Source: Chrysemys picta bellii (lineage: Eukaryota). Taken from it: 64,000 nucleotides of DNA. The notes beneath the pieces are model-generated. The model had not been told where the DNA came from, did not search any database, and saw only the letters and a list, made by a program, of their open reading frames with translations. Location of the stretch: NCBI RefSeq assembly GCF_011386835.1, contig NC_088793.1, positions 144,336,001 through 144,400,000 of the forward strand, read 5' to 3'. The translations under genes were made by a program, and so were the position numbers. Shown piece after piece: positions 38,135-51,245 of the stretch. Position 1 is the first letter of the stretch; each line of letters starts with the position of its first letter.

Positions 38135-38151
38135 TTCTGTGTCCGACATGA
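38135..38151 (+). CDS. FEZ2: FEZ2 last coding exon, (V)LCPT*
   Basis: TTCTTTTGCAG|TT CTG TGT CCG ACA TGA completes G|TT = Val. Confidence 0.93.
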
Positions 38152-38503
38152 AAAGTGCTGCTTTACTTCAGAAGTAACCATGCTCCTTCCTGTGACAAGA
38201 AGCTTTCCAGAGATAGTTCATAGTATTTTCTTTTCATTTGGCACTGTATCTAAACCTGTATGTATTTACTTTCCATGTCTGTTTGGATTTTTGGATCATA
38301 CAGTAGGCCTTTTGGGCATGATGGTAGAACTTATGCACTTTTCATTTGATGGTGCAATGTGCTTGAGCATAGAACAAACATTGTACAGTTTTACTCACAA
38401 GCTTTGGTTTGGTTTTTTAAAATCTATTTTACATTGTGTAACATAGTAATCCCTCCCACATATTTCATTGTTGGGGAAAGAAAACTAAACTTTAAATACT
38501 GTA

Positions 38504-38556
38504 AATAAAATAAGCCTATAATTTTAACTAATCTGCAGTAAAACTAAATAAATAAA
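38504..38556 (+). terminator. Proximal FEZ2 polyadenylation signals
   Basis: AATAAA at 38504, 38547 and 38551, 350-400 nt after the stop. Confidence 0.55.
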
Positions 38557-41500
38557 CCCTCTGTTCTTATATCAAACTTGCAAAAGGGATCATCGCCAAG
38601 CCTGCACTGAAGAATTCCATTGAAGTTCTTTAGTGGACACTCCAAAACCGTGATAGTGGCAACTGGCACTGAACACTTTTTTTTAAAAGCAGTAACTTAG
38701 ATTATAAACTGTAATACTGTATTGTTCAGACACTGAACAAATGTTCTGATGCTCTACAGGAAGAAGAATCCGTGTCTCTGCTCCCTTTACTTGCTACCTG
38801 ATTTACATAAACTTCAAAATATTAGATGATAATTCTTCATCACTCTTATTTTCTATTGGTTCTGTTTTTAATAATTGTCTATTGAGACCTGATATGTTCC
38901 CTCATTACTGCTATCATTTTAGTATTCATGTTAAATATTTGGTCTTAGGATAATATTTTATAGGCTGCAGTATGTAAACAAATATTTTAAGATGCTCAGT
39001 GTCCTTTAAATTATGTGCAGTGTTTGAGAAATGGTCATTCTCGTTTCCAAGACAGTTACGTTGAAACTTTCATTATCATGTACTTATAAGGCATCCTACA
39101 GATCTGGCTCTTGTAACTCCCTGTCTGTCATGATGTTATACCTGTACCTAGATGTCACTGAGGGGAACATATTTTATAAATCACATTAAATATCTTTGCT
39201 AGTCTTAGAGCAAGTCCAGTGGTGTGAAAAGAAAAGTAAATGCCAATAGAAAGAAAGAAAGTAATTGTTTTTACGTTTGATTCCATATTTATTATATATT
39301 TATACTATAGAAGCCCCCAGAGCCAGCCACGGTACAAATACATAGGAAGATACAATCCTGAAGAGCTTATAATCAAACATTTTTCTCAAGAATTTGCTTC
39401 TGTTCCTTTATCTTAAAATCTTAGTGATGAAGAATCTGTTCTAGAATAATTTTCACAATGTAATACTTTTAAGAATCTGCTTATTAGTAGCAGATACTAT
39501 GAGTTCTTCCACTTGATTAGCAGAGCACATTAATTATGAACATGGCACTCTGTCACTCAGTAATGCAGTTTTCCCTCTAGATTCAGTTACAGTATTATAA
39601 TTGAACTTCAGTATTATGTGTCCATTGTGCCTGTCTTTTTTTGCAGAATATTCAGAACTCAGAATCTATAGCCATTACACCGCTTGGTCAGCAGTGGACA
39701 ACCTGCTTGAGCAGGATAATGGCTAAGTATTATTTCACCTGTCAATGAGATGCTCCTTCTGATCTGCTTAAGTGGTTATGTTTCTGTGAAGAGATTCTTG
39801 CCTGTATTATTTTTTTTCTTTAATAGTTCCTCTATAAAGAAAAATATTGTTTCCTCTGCTGATATATTGTGAATTCAACATGGCATTCCTTGTGTTTTTG
39901 TTTTTGTTTGTTTGTTTTGCTGAATGTGTTGTTTTTCTGTAGAATGTTTCATTTCAACCTATTGTCTTCTATTTTTTAACTAAGAAATAATCCTATTCCA
40001 TTATTTCAGTATAGAAACTGAGAAATAACAGATCAGTGGCTTTAAACCTGGTGAGAACCATTATTTATCTCCAAGCCACCTCTATTCAAAGGTGCTTCCT
40101 GGTGCTGTCTAGTCCTAAAATGAATGCCTGACAATAAAGTTCAGTCCTGCAGGGTATTGAGCATTCTGGCCTTGATCCAGCAAAGAACTTAAGACAATGA
40201 TTTCTGTGGGACTACTTATGTCCTTAAAGTTACACAGGTTTAAGTGGATCAGGGCAAGAGTGCTCAGCATCTTGCAGGATAGAACCCATTAGTGCTTGGC
40301 ATTCCTCTGTGCATTCAGCGAGACCAACTCCAGGACAGTGCTGCTGTTTTCAAGGAAGAAGTTCTCAAAAACAATAGAATTGAATGGTGGTCCTACTGGG
40401 AGTTGTAATTTTTGGTAGAGCTGAATTATCACATACAGTTCAGACTCAAGTTCCACATTGCCTCATCAGTCTCAAAGGCATGAAGTCCAATGCATTGGAG
40501 TCAAGGTGCCAGGTAGATCTTTCAGTATGCTCCCTGCACGTTATTCATCAACATTCAAATGCAGGCAAAATTTCCCTCAAAGCAAATGTGTAGATTTGTA
40601 TGTAATGTAGGGATGTTCAAATCTATGTACATTTATTATTATTTCCATACTTTTTAAATTGTTTTAGTTTGGGGGAGGCTTATGGAATTTTCCACTGTAC
40701 CCATCACTTGCCATTTGTGATGCCAAGTGTTTGCAGAGTATCCTATTTCTAACATTTCTTTGGGACACTTAAGCTAAATTACATTGTAAGCTTTTTTAAC
40801 TAATATTTTGATACTTTTGTATTTTCTTTCTTTATTGTAGCAATTGAAACTTTAATGGAGTTATTTGTCTGAGAATTGAGGTGACTGTTTAATATAGTAA
40901 TGATTCTTGGGATTGCAACTACTGGGCTTGTTTTGCTGAGTACAATATTGGGAGCCAGGACAGAGAGGTGTGTGCCTGATCCTGAACCACTGAAGTCAGT
41001 GGTTGCAGGATCAAGCCCTATGAGCGGGGAAAGCGAAGAGGACTTTCAGCTGGAAAGGCAGGGACAGAGGTGTCTCCTGAGTTACCGCCTTTCTCCTTGG
41101 GTGAGAAAGGGAGATGCAGAGAACCACAATACTCGACCCATCTCCTTTACCACAAAAGGGGAGAGGTTTCCCCATTGCTTGACCATTCTCTGGCCCTCTG
41201 CTGAGTTAGGAATGAGGGGAGAAATGTCCCCATGAGCTTTTTCCCTCTTTAAATAGGTAGAAGAAACAAATGCTCTCAAGTTTCCCTGTGTTCCCCTACT
41301 CCTGGGGTGGGCAAGGGAGGTAAGAGATGATAGATAACGAGGATAGGGGAAGGATTAGCTAGGAAGAATGTGTTAGGGAGAATGGAGGCAAAGTAGGAAA
41401 TGCAGGGTGCTAGGAAACATGGGAGAAGAGGAGAAAAGAAATGGAACACAGGTAGTGGAAAAATCAGGAAAGCATGGGGGGGGGAGAGGGGATTGAAATA

Positions 41501-42389
41501 ATAGTCTTAGAATTTAACACTGTAGGAAAACAGACATTGCCAAAAAAGTACAAAGGATATACCAAAATATACTATGTATTCTGAACCTCCTAAAAATGTC
41601 CTTAGCTGTGGATAAGTTCCTGACAAAAATTGTCTGCCCTACCAGACTGAATTGAATTTTTTTAAATATTCTGTATGCAGTGTTGTTGTAGCCATGTTTG
41701 TCCCTGTGTAAGTATTCTGTGTAAACCTCACCTATAAAAGCCTGGCACCGAGCAACAAAAGCTGAAAATGGTTAATGTGCATCCAAACCAGCGAATAAAT
41801 TTGCAGCCTGCAAGTAACTTTTTTCTGTAACTTTTATGCACTTACAGCTCTCTGTGCAGTTGGGCCTTGAAGCAATACTGTGTCTTGTGCTTTTTCAAAG
41901 AGCCAGAATTCCCTAGCTCCTGGATATTTCCAGAGCACTGAGAGTGTGACGTCGGAGAGCAGTTGTTGACAATTTCAGTGTACTAGCAAAGATTCCCTGA
42001 CTCATAAGGATAGGCCTCTACTAAGCATTTTTAATTTGGGGCAGATCTGGGAGCAAGACGTCTTAAAAAACTAAATGGTATTAAATCACCAAAAATCAGT
42101 GTTCACCAAAGAAAGCTGATATACATTTGTCCTCTCCCCATTTCATGGAATTCAGATGGTTCATTTTATAGATTTACCTACTGTCTGGCTGGAATAAGAG
42201 GGCAAACTAGTTGAGATTCAGTCCAGATAGGAAGCATGCTCATTGGCTGGGGCAAACTAGCAGTAAAACATCAACAATAATATCAGCTCTCTTCTACTGA
42301 AGGGCTGTTGGTCTTACTGGATCCTCAGCTGTTTCTAGTAGTGGCCAAGAATATTTTGTATCATCTGTGCTAGGTCAGGAAGTTGTGAC

Positions 42390-42900
42390 CTTTTCTTTGG
42401 GATGTCACCACCGTAATTCATGCCTTTGTCACCTCCAGATTGTATTACTTCAACATCCTATATGCTTTAATACCACCCGGAAATTACAGCTAGTACAGAA
42501 TGTGGCAGCTTGTGTGCTTGGCAACAGTGCAGAGCACTTCACACCTGTGTTGATCATCAATCTACACTAGCTTCTTATTAATTTCCACATTAATTTAAGA
42601 TGTTTTTAATTTATAAAGCCCTAAAATGATGTAGGTCATAGGTAGCTCTGGGACTGCCTCTCCAACTACAACTCCAGCTATGACAGCTAAAATCCACTGA
42701 AGCACTTTAACCTAACATCCCTCTAATTCTGTCAGGAAGGGACTGAAGGCAATGGGTTTTTTTTTAGTGAAATAGTCTCAACTTTGAAATGTGTTGTCCC
42801 CATTGATCCACCAGAGCCCAAATTTGTTGACCATCAGGTCACTCTGCAAAGCTCACCTCTTTTTCTGCCATGCTTTTTCTGAGAAGGTGGACTGTATTGG
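42390..42900 (+). mobile_element. L2 LINE RT C-terminal relic
   Basis: Reads, with frameshifts, TVIHAFVTSRLYYFN..RKLQLVQNVAACVL..HFTPVL. Confidence 0.7.
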
Positions 42901-45355
42901 ATGTTGGGGCAGTCTTAACCTTAGTGGACTTGGGTTAATTTCATATTTTGGGTATTGGTCCTAATTTGTATGTTTAATACTTTGCACAAGAGTCTAGAGC
43001 TTCATAAATGCCTGTCCATAAATTCAGATGCACATTCTTGAAGTCTTTCAAAATTTCCATCATAAAGTACCACAAGTTAAAAAATAAAACTGGAGAGAGG
43101 CATGGATCTGAGTCAGATTTATTTGTATTACTGTATCTCAAGGGACCCATGTAAACTGAAGGCCTTTTTTTAAAAGCCTAGGAGAAACCCTGAAATTAAA
43201 AGGTCTGGGTTAATATCAGGAGTTGAGACATTACTCCTTATTCGTTACCCATTATATTTCTCAAGATCTTTCCAAACAAATGTAATAGATATTAATGGAC
43301 TCTCGGGAAATTCCATAAAGCAGATCTAATAATGAACAAGAAGCGCTAAAGATGGTTTTTGCACACAGGTTGTTAATTTATCCCATTTCTTAATATGTCT
43401 GTTCTAAAGCCAAGAAAGCGTAGAGTATTGTTTGCAAACTTTTTGTTCTTGATGTTAAGCCTAATCTCTTGTCCCATTATTCAAATTCTTTACTTTCAGC
43501 TTAACTCAAGACCTTCATCTCTATTCATTTATGCTTTTTGAGCAATAGTGGCCTACTGGTTAGCTGAATTGGTGCAAACAGCACTGATTAATAAATCTCA
43601 TTAATCAGGGGAACTAATCTTTACATTTTTCTATTTGATGGTTCTATGAGGCTCATTGCAAGTGTTGCATTGAACTTTTTTTTTTTTGTTCTCTTTAAGT
43701 GCTAATGTCTTCCTCACATTTATGACTCTTATGCTCCATGCTGTTTTGTTAATATTTTTCTATTTAGTCCCTTTAGGTATTTGCCTTTGTTAAAACTTTA
43801 TTCAATAAAAATTAATATTAAATGTCAGCATGTTATTTCATTTATTATAAAATTCTTAATACAGAAAATGCATACAGATTTCTTCAAAGAATCAATGGTA
43901 ACTTTAGAGAACAAACTGAATGCTCAGGATACAAAAATATGACTAACATATATGTAAAAGTTCTTCTAATTAAATTAGAATTAGCTATGAATAATATGTC
44001 CAGATTGGGTTGGTTTGTTTAAAACATAAAGCACCAGATTCTGATCTCACCAGTTTTACTGCGATGAAATTAGTCCCTTTTTAATTGTTGAGATTATAAT
44101 CAAGCTCACGGTTTGATAATACGCAGATGTCTGTAATCCAGTGATACAACCAGATTTCCCAGATGCTGCAATATCCCTAGATGTCAAAAAGGCAATTGCC
44201 CAGCTCACTTGGGAATGCAGAATATATGTCTAGCAATTGCATGGTTTCAATTAAGACAGAAAATGTCCTGTCATCTAGTGCGCTGCTAAAATTTCAGTTA
44301 ATTTTGTATCTTCAGACAAATTCCTTCTATCTAGGGGTACCCTAAGGAATGTCCTCTCATTCTTTTTATTACTGCTATTATCCAACGTATAGAACTTTAT
44401 ACTAAACGTTTTACATGAAACAATGCTGTGCTTGACCTAGAATACCACTATTCAGTGGAAAAATAGTTTTTAGTGGACAGTCTCTAAAATACCTGGATAT
44501 ATAATAGAGAAATCCATTATTTCTAATTCTCTTCTCTTCTCAATAGGTAAAAAATCTTGGTATCTATTATTGTACAACAATTTGAAGATACCATGATGTG
44601 CAACAGGAAAACAATAATGGCATTAAAAGAATTTTTTAATTTGGTCTTTAAACCTATCAGAGTGCAGATGATTAGCCATCATTAAAATAATTGATGAGTA
44701 AACATATCTGAAATCCTTTGTTTTCTGGTCAATATCTTCTAATGGGCTCTCAGTTTGGGATTTGCATTTAAGGAACTTAACAGAAAATGTTGTTCTGTTC
44801 ACAAAGTGGGGAGAACGTAATAACTTGCCTCAAAAATTCCTTCTTAGGAAAATTTTGAGTTTGTCAAGACTTGAAAGCTCCTAATATACTGTGTTTAAAG
44901 TCCTTATTAGAGCCAACCTCCAAATATGAAGCACTCAGATAACATTGTGCTGTGGACAATATAAGAACCAAATAGAAAAGAATGAGTCATTAGGTGTAAA
45001 GAATGAGCCCTTTGACAAATTAGCCACATTTAAAGTGACCTTTGGCTCCTTTTCTGATTCCTGCTGCTACCTCAAGTTTACCCTAAGCTTTGGAGCAAGA
45101 TAGAGAGGTAAGGCTTTCTGAAGGACATTAACAATTGGCCCTTGCCCTGAGGTCCCCTATCCTATCTTCATATTCTCTCATGTTGAAACACACAAAATCA
45201 AGGATCATGAACAAAATTGGCATAGTATGTGGCTGTAGGCTATATTTCTACATAACACACTTCAGTGGCCATGAACTGTCTGCCTGTGTTATACTCAGGA
45301 CCTTGATATCTCAAACTGCTGAAAGAAGCTCTGTGCAGCAAAATAACTGTTAAAC

Positions 45356-46274
45356 CAGGGGTCGGCAACCTGCAGCACGCGTGCCAAGGGCGGCACGCGA
45401 GTCGATTTTTGATGGCATTCTGCTGCCTGCCGGGGTCCTGATCCCCCTCAGCCCCCCCACCCATTGATTTCTCCTGCGAGGGCAGGAGGCAGAAGCTTAG
45501 TCATGCTGACAGCCAAGCTCCCTCCTCCCCCACGTCTTCCCTCAGCGTGGTGCTTTCCTGCCCCTCCCACTGCCTCTCCCTGCCACTGATCAGCTGATCC
45601 CCCTTGCGAGGGGGAGCGGAGCCGAGCTGAGCCATAGGGTGCTCACTGCTCCAGGGAGGAAGCAGAGAAGAGGTGGGGATGGGGCATATCCCCTCCAGCC
45701 CCCTGCCGTGAACACTCCCACGAGCCAAGCACCCCAGCCCCCTGCCCTGACCCCTGAACCTCCCCCACACACACACCCAGCCCTCTGCCCTGACCCCTGC
45801 ATCCACACACACCTCCAGCCCCCGTTCTGACTCCTGCACCCCCACATACACCCAGGCCCCCCATACCCTATGCCCTGACTCTTGCACTCCCCCACATCCC
45901 CACCCCCACCCTGAGCACCACATGGGAGCTCCTGCACCCACCCCCCACATTCCCACCTGCACCCCCCTTGCCAGCCAGGGTTCCGCAGGCCCCGCTCAGC
46001 CCACTGCTGAACTAGGTGAACAGAACCCCAAGTTGGCAGCGGGCTGAGTGGGCCAGCGGCATAAGATCAGCATTTTAATTTAATTTATAATTAAGCTTCT
46101 TAAACATTTTGAAAACTTTGTTTACATACGACAATAGTTTAGTTATATAATATAGACTTATAAAGAGAGACCTTCTAAAAAAACATTAAGGTTTCGCGTG
46201 CTGGTAATAACTTTTAAGTTAAAATGAATAAGTGAAGACTCGGCACACCACTTCTGAAAGGTTGCCGACCCCTG
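45356..46274. mobile_element. Non-autonomous hAT with C-rich tandem core
   Basis: Perfect TIR CAGGGGTCGGCAACC / GGTTGCCGACCCCTG; TSD TGTTAAAC / TGCTAAAT (6/8). Confidence 0.9.
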
Positions 46275-47636
46275 TGCTAAATTAAAGATTTGCTTCAGCT
46301 GCCAGCATAGCCAGGAGGTAAAAAGACCCAGCCTTAGAGGTGTCACTTATTTTTGGATGAGAGAGATGATTTCTCTGTGACAGTTCAGTCACTAGAACAC
46401 AGAGTATAGGGAGCTCCAGCCTGCTGCTATACTGAATAGCCCAGGAATGTGCTCTGCAAGTACAGCGATCTGTGCTGAAGGAAGTATTCCCAGCACACCT
46501 TCACTAGAGTTCGCTGTTTCTGTTGCCTCGGAACCCCAGCTTGTTTATATATTCGATAAAACAGGATAACACGGTCTTTCATGAGCCTCTTTATAGCACA
46601 TGCTTTGGCCATGAACTCTAGGCAGTTTGTGTGCAGGTAATACTCCTCTCTTCCATATCTGGCTCACCATCTTAAACTGGTGTGTGATTCTGGGACTAAA
46701 TACTGCCTTACTGATCTGGGATTATATATGTTGGAGTTGGGGGTCAGAACGGGGGTGGGGGGGAAACTGTAGCTCTTCTTCGAGTGTCCTCTGCATATCC
46801 CCACACTTGGGATGTGCACTGACTGGTCCCATTGAATGATGCCTTCTACTAGCAGTCCTAGCCCTTCCTTCCCTGCCCTCAGGCGCCAAACACATTCTGA
46901 GGGTGTGACCTTAAATAGGGTGCTTGCAGTTATTGCCTCAGTTCCTCTGACATGGATGGATGACAATCTTCTATGGATCAAGATCATTTAAATAGTTGGG
47001 ATAAGTGCCCAGTTTTTTTTTTTATAGTTAGCATTAGAGTTAGTTTAAGTGTTGTATTAGGGGTTTTTTAGGTTATTATGGCAGATCCAAAGATTAGAAC
47101 ACAATGATCAAAGAGATGTACATTGTTACGGATTCTGATGCCCATGCTCTCTGCCTAAAATGCTTGGAGGAAGGACATTTTCTTTCATGTTGCTCCATTT
47201 GCAACACTTTTACACCATGAGCCAGAAAGAAGAGGCAAAACAGACTCCAAGCTCTTCTGCAAGAAGCCTTATCTACCATATCCTCCAGATTTGAGGTTTC
47301 TAAGGCATTATGTGGTTAAAAACCAAGAGGCTTGGTTCAGCTCAGAGCCTTTCCAAGTTCCAGGAAAACTTTGGTACTTAAACCAACAGTCTCCGCACCA
47401 AGTTCCAGTTATTAGAGACTGAGCACTTGGTACCAAAGTCATCTGATCTGACATCACAGAAGGCCACCGGTGTTGAGGAAATCCAGAAGAGACGATAGAT
47501 TCTCTATGCTGGACATTTCCACAGAACCAGGGCCCTCGGTTCCAAGACAGAAGACAAAACATTTATTCTGGAGAGTCATCAGAACGGATGGATCATGGCT
47601 GGACAGATCAGAGACATAAAGAGAGAACCTCTAAAT

Positions 47637-49276
47637 TAGGGCTGTCAAGCAATTTTTAAAATCGCGATTAATTGTGTGATTTAAAATAATTGTGATTAAT
47701 TGCATAATTAATCGCACCATTAAACCATTTATTTAAATATTGTTGGATGTTTTCTACATATTCATATATATGGATTTCAATTACAACACAGAATACAAAG
47801 TGTACAGTGCTCACTTTGTTTTTTATTACAAATATTTACACTAAAAAACAAAAGAAATAGTATTTTTCAAATCAACTAATACAAATACTGTAGTGCAATC
47901 TTTATCATGAAAGTTGAACTTACAAATGTAGAATTATGTACAAAAAACAACTGCATTCAAAAATAAAACAATGTAAAACTTCAGAGCCTACAAGTCCACT
48001 CAGTCCTATTTCTTATTCAGCCAATTGCTCAGACAAACACATTTGTTTACATTTGCAGGAGATAATGCTGCCTCCTTGTTCACAGTGTCACCTGAAAGTG
48101 AGAATAGGTGTTTGCATGGCTCTGTTGCAGCTGGCATCACAAGATATTTACATGCTAGATGCACTAAAGATTCATATGTACCTTTATGCTTCATCCACCA
48201 TGCTGATGACGGGTTCTGCCCGATAACAATCCAAAGCGGTGCCGATCGATGTATGTTCATTTTCCTAATCTGAGTCAGATGTCACAAACAGAAGGTTGAT
48301 TTTCCTTTTTGGTGGTTCGTGTTCTGTAATTTCTGCATTGGAGTGTTGCTCTTTTAAGACTTCTGAAAAAATGTTCCACACCTCATCCCTCTCAGATTTT
48401 GGGAGACACTTCAGATTCTTAAACCTTGGGTCGAGTGCAGTAGCTATCTTTAGAAATCTCACATTGGTGGTACCTTCTTTGCATTTTGTCAAATCTGCAG
48501 CAAAAGTGTTCTTAAAATGAACAACATGTGCTGAGTCATGATCTGAGACTACTATAACGTGAAATATATGGCAGAATGTTGGTAAAACAGAGCAGAAGAC
48601 ATACAATTATTCCCCAAGGAGTTCAGCCACAAATGTAATTAACACATTATTTTTTTAACGAGTGTCATCAGCATGTAAGCATGTCCTCTGGATGAAGAAT
48701 GAAGAGACATACAAATGTTTAGCATATCTGGCATGTAAATACCTTGCAATGCCAGCAACAAAAGTCCCATGCGAACACCTGTTCTCACTTTCTGGTGACA
48801 TTGTAAATAAGAAGTGGGCAGCATTATCTCCCGTAAATGTGAACAAACTTGTTTATCTTAGCGATTGGCTTAACAAGACGTAGGACTCAGTGGACTCGTA
48901 GGCTCTAAAGTTTTGCATTGTTTCATTTTTGAGTGCAGTTATGTAACAAAAAATCTACATTTGTAAGTCGCATTTTCATGATAAAAAGATTGCACTACAG
49001 TACTTGTATTAGGTGAATTGAAAAATACTATTTATTTTGATTATCATTTTTACAGTGCAAATATTTGTAATAAAAAATAATATAAAGTGAGCAGTGCACA
49101 CTTTGTATTCTATGTTGTAATTGAAATCAATATATTTGAAAATTTAGGAAAACATCCAAAAATGTTTAATAAATTTTAATTGGTATTCTGTTGTTTAACA
49201 GTGCAATTAAAACTGCAGTTGTGATTAATTTTTGGAGTTAATTGCTTGAGTTAACTGCGATTAATCAACAGCTCTA
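47637..49276. mobile_element. Palindromic non-autonomous hAT (two inverted transposase 3' ends)
   Basis: TIR TAGGGCTGTC / AACAGCTCTA; perfect 8-bp TSD CTCTAAAT. The hAT dimerisation-domain remnant is on - (48006-48260) and on + (48662-48883). Confidence 0.92.
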
Positions 49277-50520
49277 CTCTAAATCTTTGAGAAGAATTCT
49301 GTGAGTCTGGGTGTTTATATAGGCACCAGTGGCCACTAATACCAAGGACATACTAGGTGTCCGGAATAGCAGTTTTTGGTTCTGGTTAATTTGGCGACAG
49401 TGAAGAGGAAATTGGGTACAGAACAACAATCTCCGAGATCTCCAGTGGACACAAACTATTACAAATACAAGTATCCCAGCTCTGACATGTTACTGGACTG
49501 GCCAAATTGGTAGGAATGGCAAATGCCTTGGATTTCTTGGCCTTACTTGTCAACTCTGACATTTCCTTAGAACCTCCTTCCAGGTAACCTGTCCAACATA
49601 GAACTGAAGAAAGTTTTCCAGATCCATGACATCCAGGTCCAAGCTATGGACCTGGATGTCAAGGATCTGGGAATTACAGATTAATTACAGATACTTAGTG
49701 GCAATGGACCTTCTGACTCAACAGCAAGGAAAAGTGTACCTTCCAGATGCATGATCATATCTGATAGTATGGGCAATAGGTCGTTAATGAAGTTGGAGAT
49801 GTCTTTCTCTACAGCTATTCAACCCAGTCTACTAGGTGTTAGAAGGGAATCAACTAGAAAACATAATAAATGAAAATGGAAAAGATTTTCTCTATGGATA
49901 TTTAATAGGGGTATAGATTCTATGTCAGCGCCTATTCATTCTATACTAGAGTAGAGTTTATATTTGAAGCATTAAGATTTATCTGTTGCTTCACTTAAGG
50001 TACATTGGGTCACACTAGCCATTTATTCCATACTAATATATAAGATAGCAAATCAGTTTTCTCACATGAGATTGTAAAGAAATTCTTTTAAAGGGTTACT
50101 AAATTTGTACCCCATGGTAAGAGATCCTGTGGTTCCATGGGACATAAATTTAGTGGTCACAGCTTCTGTCGCAACTATTTGAGCCTTTGTCTGTGTTCTT
50201 TATTTCATCTATCGATTAAGACTGCCTTTGTTATAGCAATAACATCAGGCAGGAGGATTGGTGAACTTCGTGCATTAATGACTGATCCTCCATTTATGTT
50301 TTTTTATAATGTCAAAGTAGTGTTTCATCCACATCCTAGATTTGTATCAAAAGTCATTTCTGAGTTCAGTGTCAATCAGTCTATTACTTAGCCAGTGTTT
50401 TTCCCAGGCCCTATTTGGAGAAAGGTGTATAAAAACTGCATTGTTTGGATGCAAAGAGAGTTTTATCATTCTATTTGGGTAGGACTAAAGACTTTAGATC
50501 TTCACATAAATAGTTTGTGA

Positions 50521-50655
50521 TATGCATCCGAAGAAGTGGGCTGTAGTCCACGAAAGCTTATGCTCTAATAAATTTGTTAGTCTCTAAGGTGCCACACGTA
50601 CTCCTGTTCTTTTTGCGGATACAGACTAACACGGCTGCTACTCTGAAACCTGTCA
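50521..50655 (+). mobile_element. Short Penelope pLTR insertion in the DIRS YR
   Basis: Removing it rejoins TTTGTGA-TATGGTGGTAACTGTAAAGG (FVIYGGNCKG) of the YR frame. Confidence 0.9.
50524..50563 (+). ncRNA. Minimal hammerhead motif (U4C core variant)
   Basis: GCAT CCGAAGA A GTGG GCTGTAGT CCAC GAAA GCTT ATGC. Confidence 0.55.
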
Positions 50656-51245
50656 TATGGTGGTAACTGTAAAGGAAACCCTGTTTCCACACAAACATTG
50701 TCAAGGTGGGTCAGATGGTGTATAGTGGAAACTTATAAGGGTGTATCACAATCTCCCCCTCTGCAACTGAAAGCACATTCCACTAGAGTTCTGGCTGCCT
50801 TGGTGGCAGGTTTGAAGCGTGTTCTGATAGTAGAGATTTGTAGAGCAGCCCTGTAGAGTTCTATACACACATTCACAAAACCTACCTTGTTAGATATTTC
50901 AGCCAGGTCACATGCAGAGTTTCGTAGGTCGGTGCCACTGTCCTTATTTAGTTCGGACTCCTTACCCATAGTCTTAGTTAATATGTAGACTACTGACTAA
51001 AGTGTCTCAAGAGCGGGAATGTGCAGAAGACACTCGAAGAAGAAAAGAAGGTGGTTACTTGTAACCAAGTTCTTAGAAATGGACTGTTCATATTCACAGT
51101 CCCTGTCCTCCTTCCCCTCTTTTACGGAGTCCTATCTTCTACTGCTCTGTATTAGCAGTGGAAGGAACTGAGGCGGTAACCACCAGTGATCTCCTATTTA
51201 TAGCCACACCCCCAAAATGTACTTATAGCCTGGGGGTGGGGAGGA

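Larger units (their letters stand above)
1..38560 (+). other. FEZ2: FEZ2 gene, 3' portion (5' exons lie upstream of the window)
   Basis: Five exons splice in compatible phases to ...EVQKLSVAELNELLEEIETAIKDYSEELVQQLALRDELEFEKEVKNSFISVLIEVQNKQ...GHMPGT(RFSMEGISNVIQNGFRHTFGNSGGEKQ)YLTTVIPYEKKSGPPCVEDLQTLTKILYAMKEDSEKVPSLLTDYILKVLCPT*. This is the FEZ/UNC-76 C-terminus with FEZ2-type rather than FEZ1-type residues. Confidence 0.95.

Noticed and set aside
38054-38446. 130-aa ORF over the FEZ2 last exon
   Set aside because: Spans intron, the true stop in another frame, and 3' UTR; composition reflects T-rich sequence.
41610-41650. Minus-strand RADNFCQ resembling the CRIM1 C-terminal QADNFYQ
   Set aside because: Flanking residues do not match CRIM1 and there is no stop at the expected place; a chance match.
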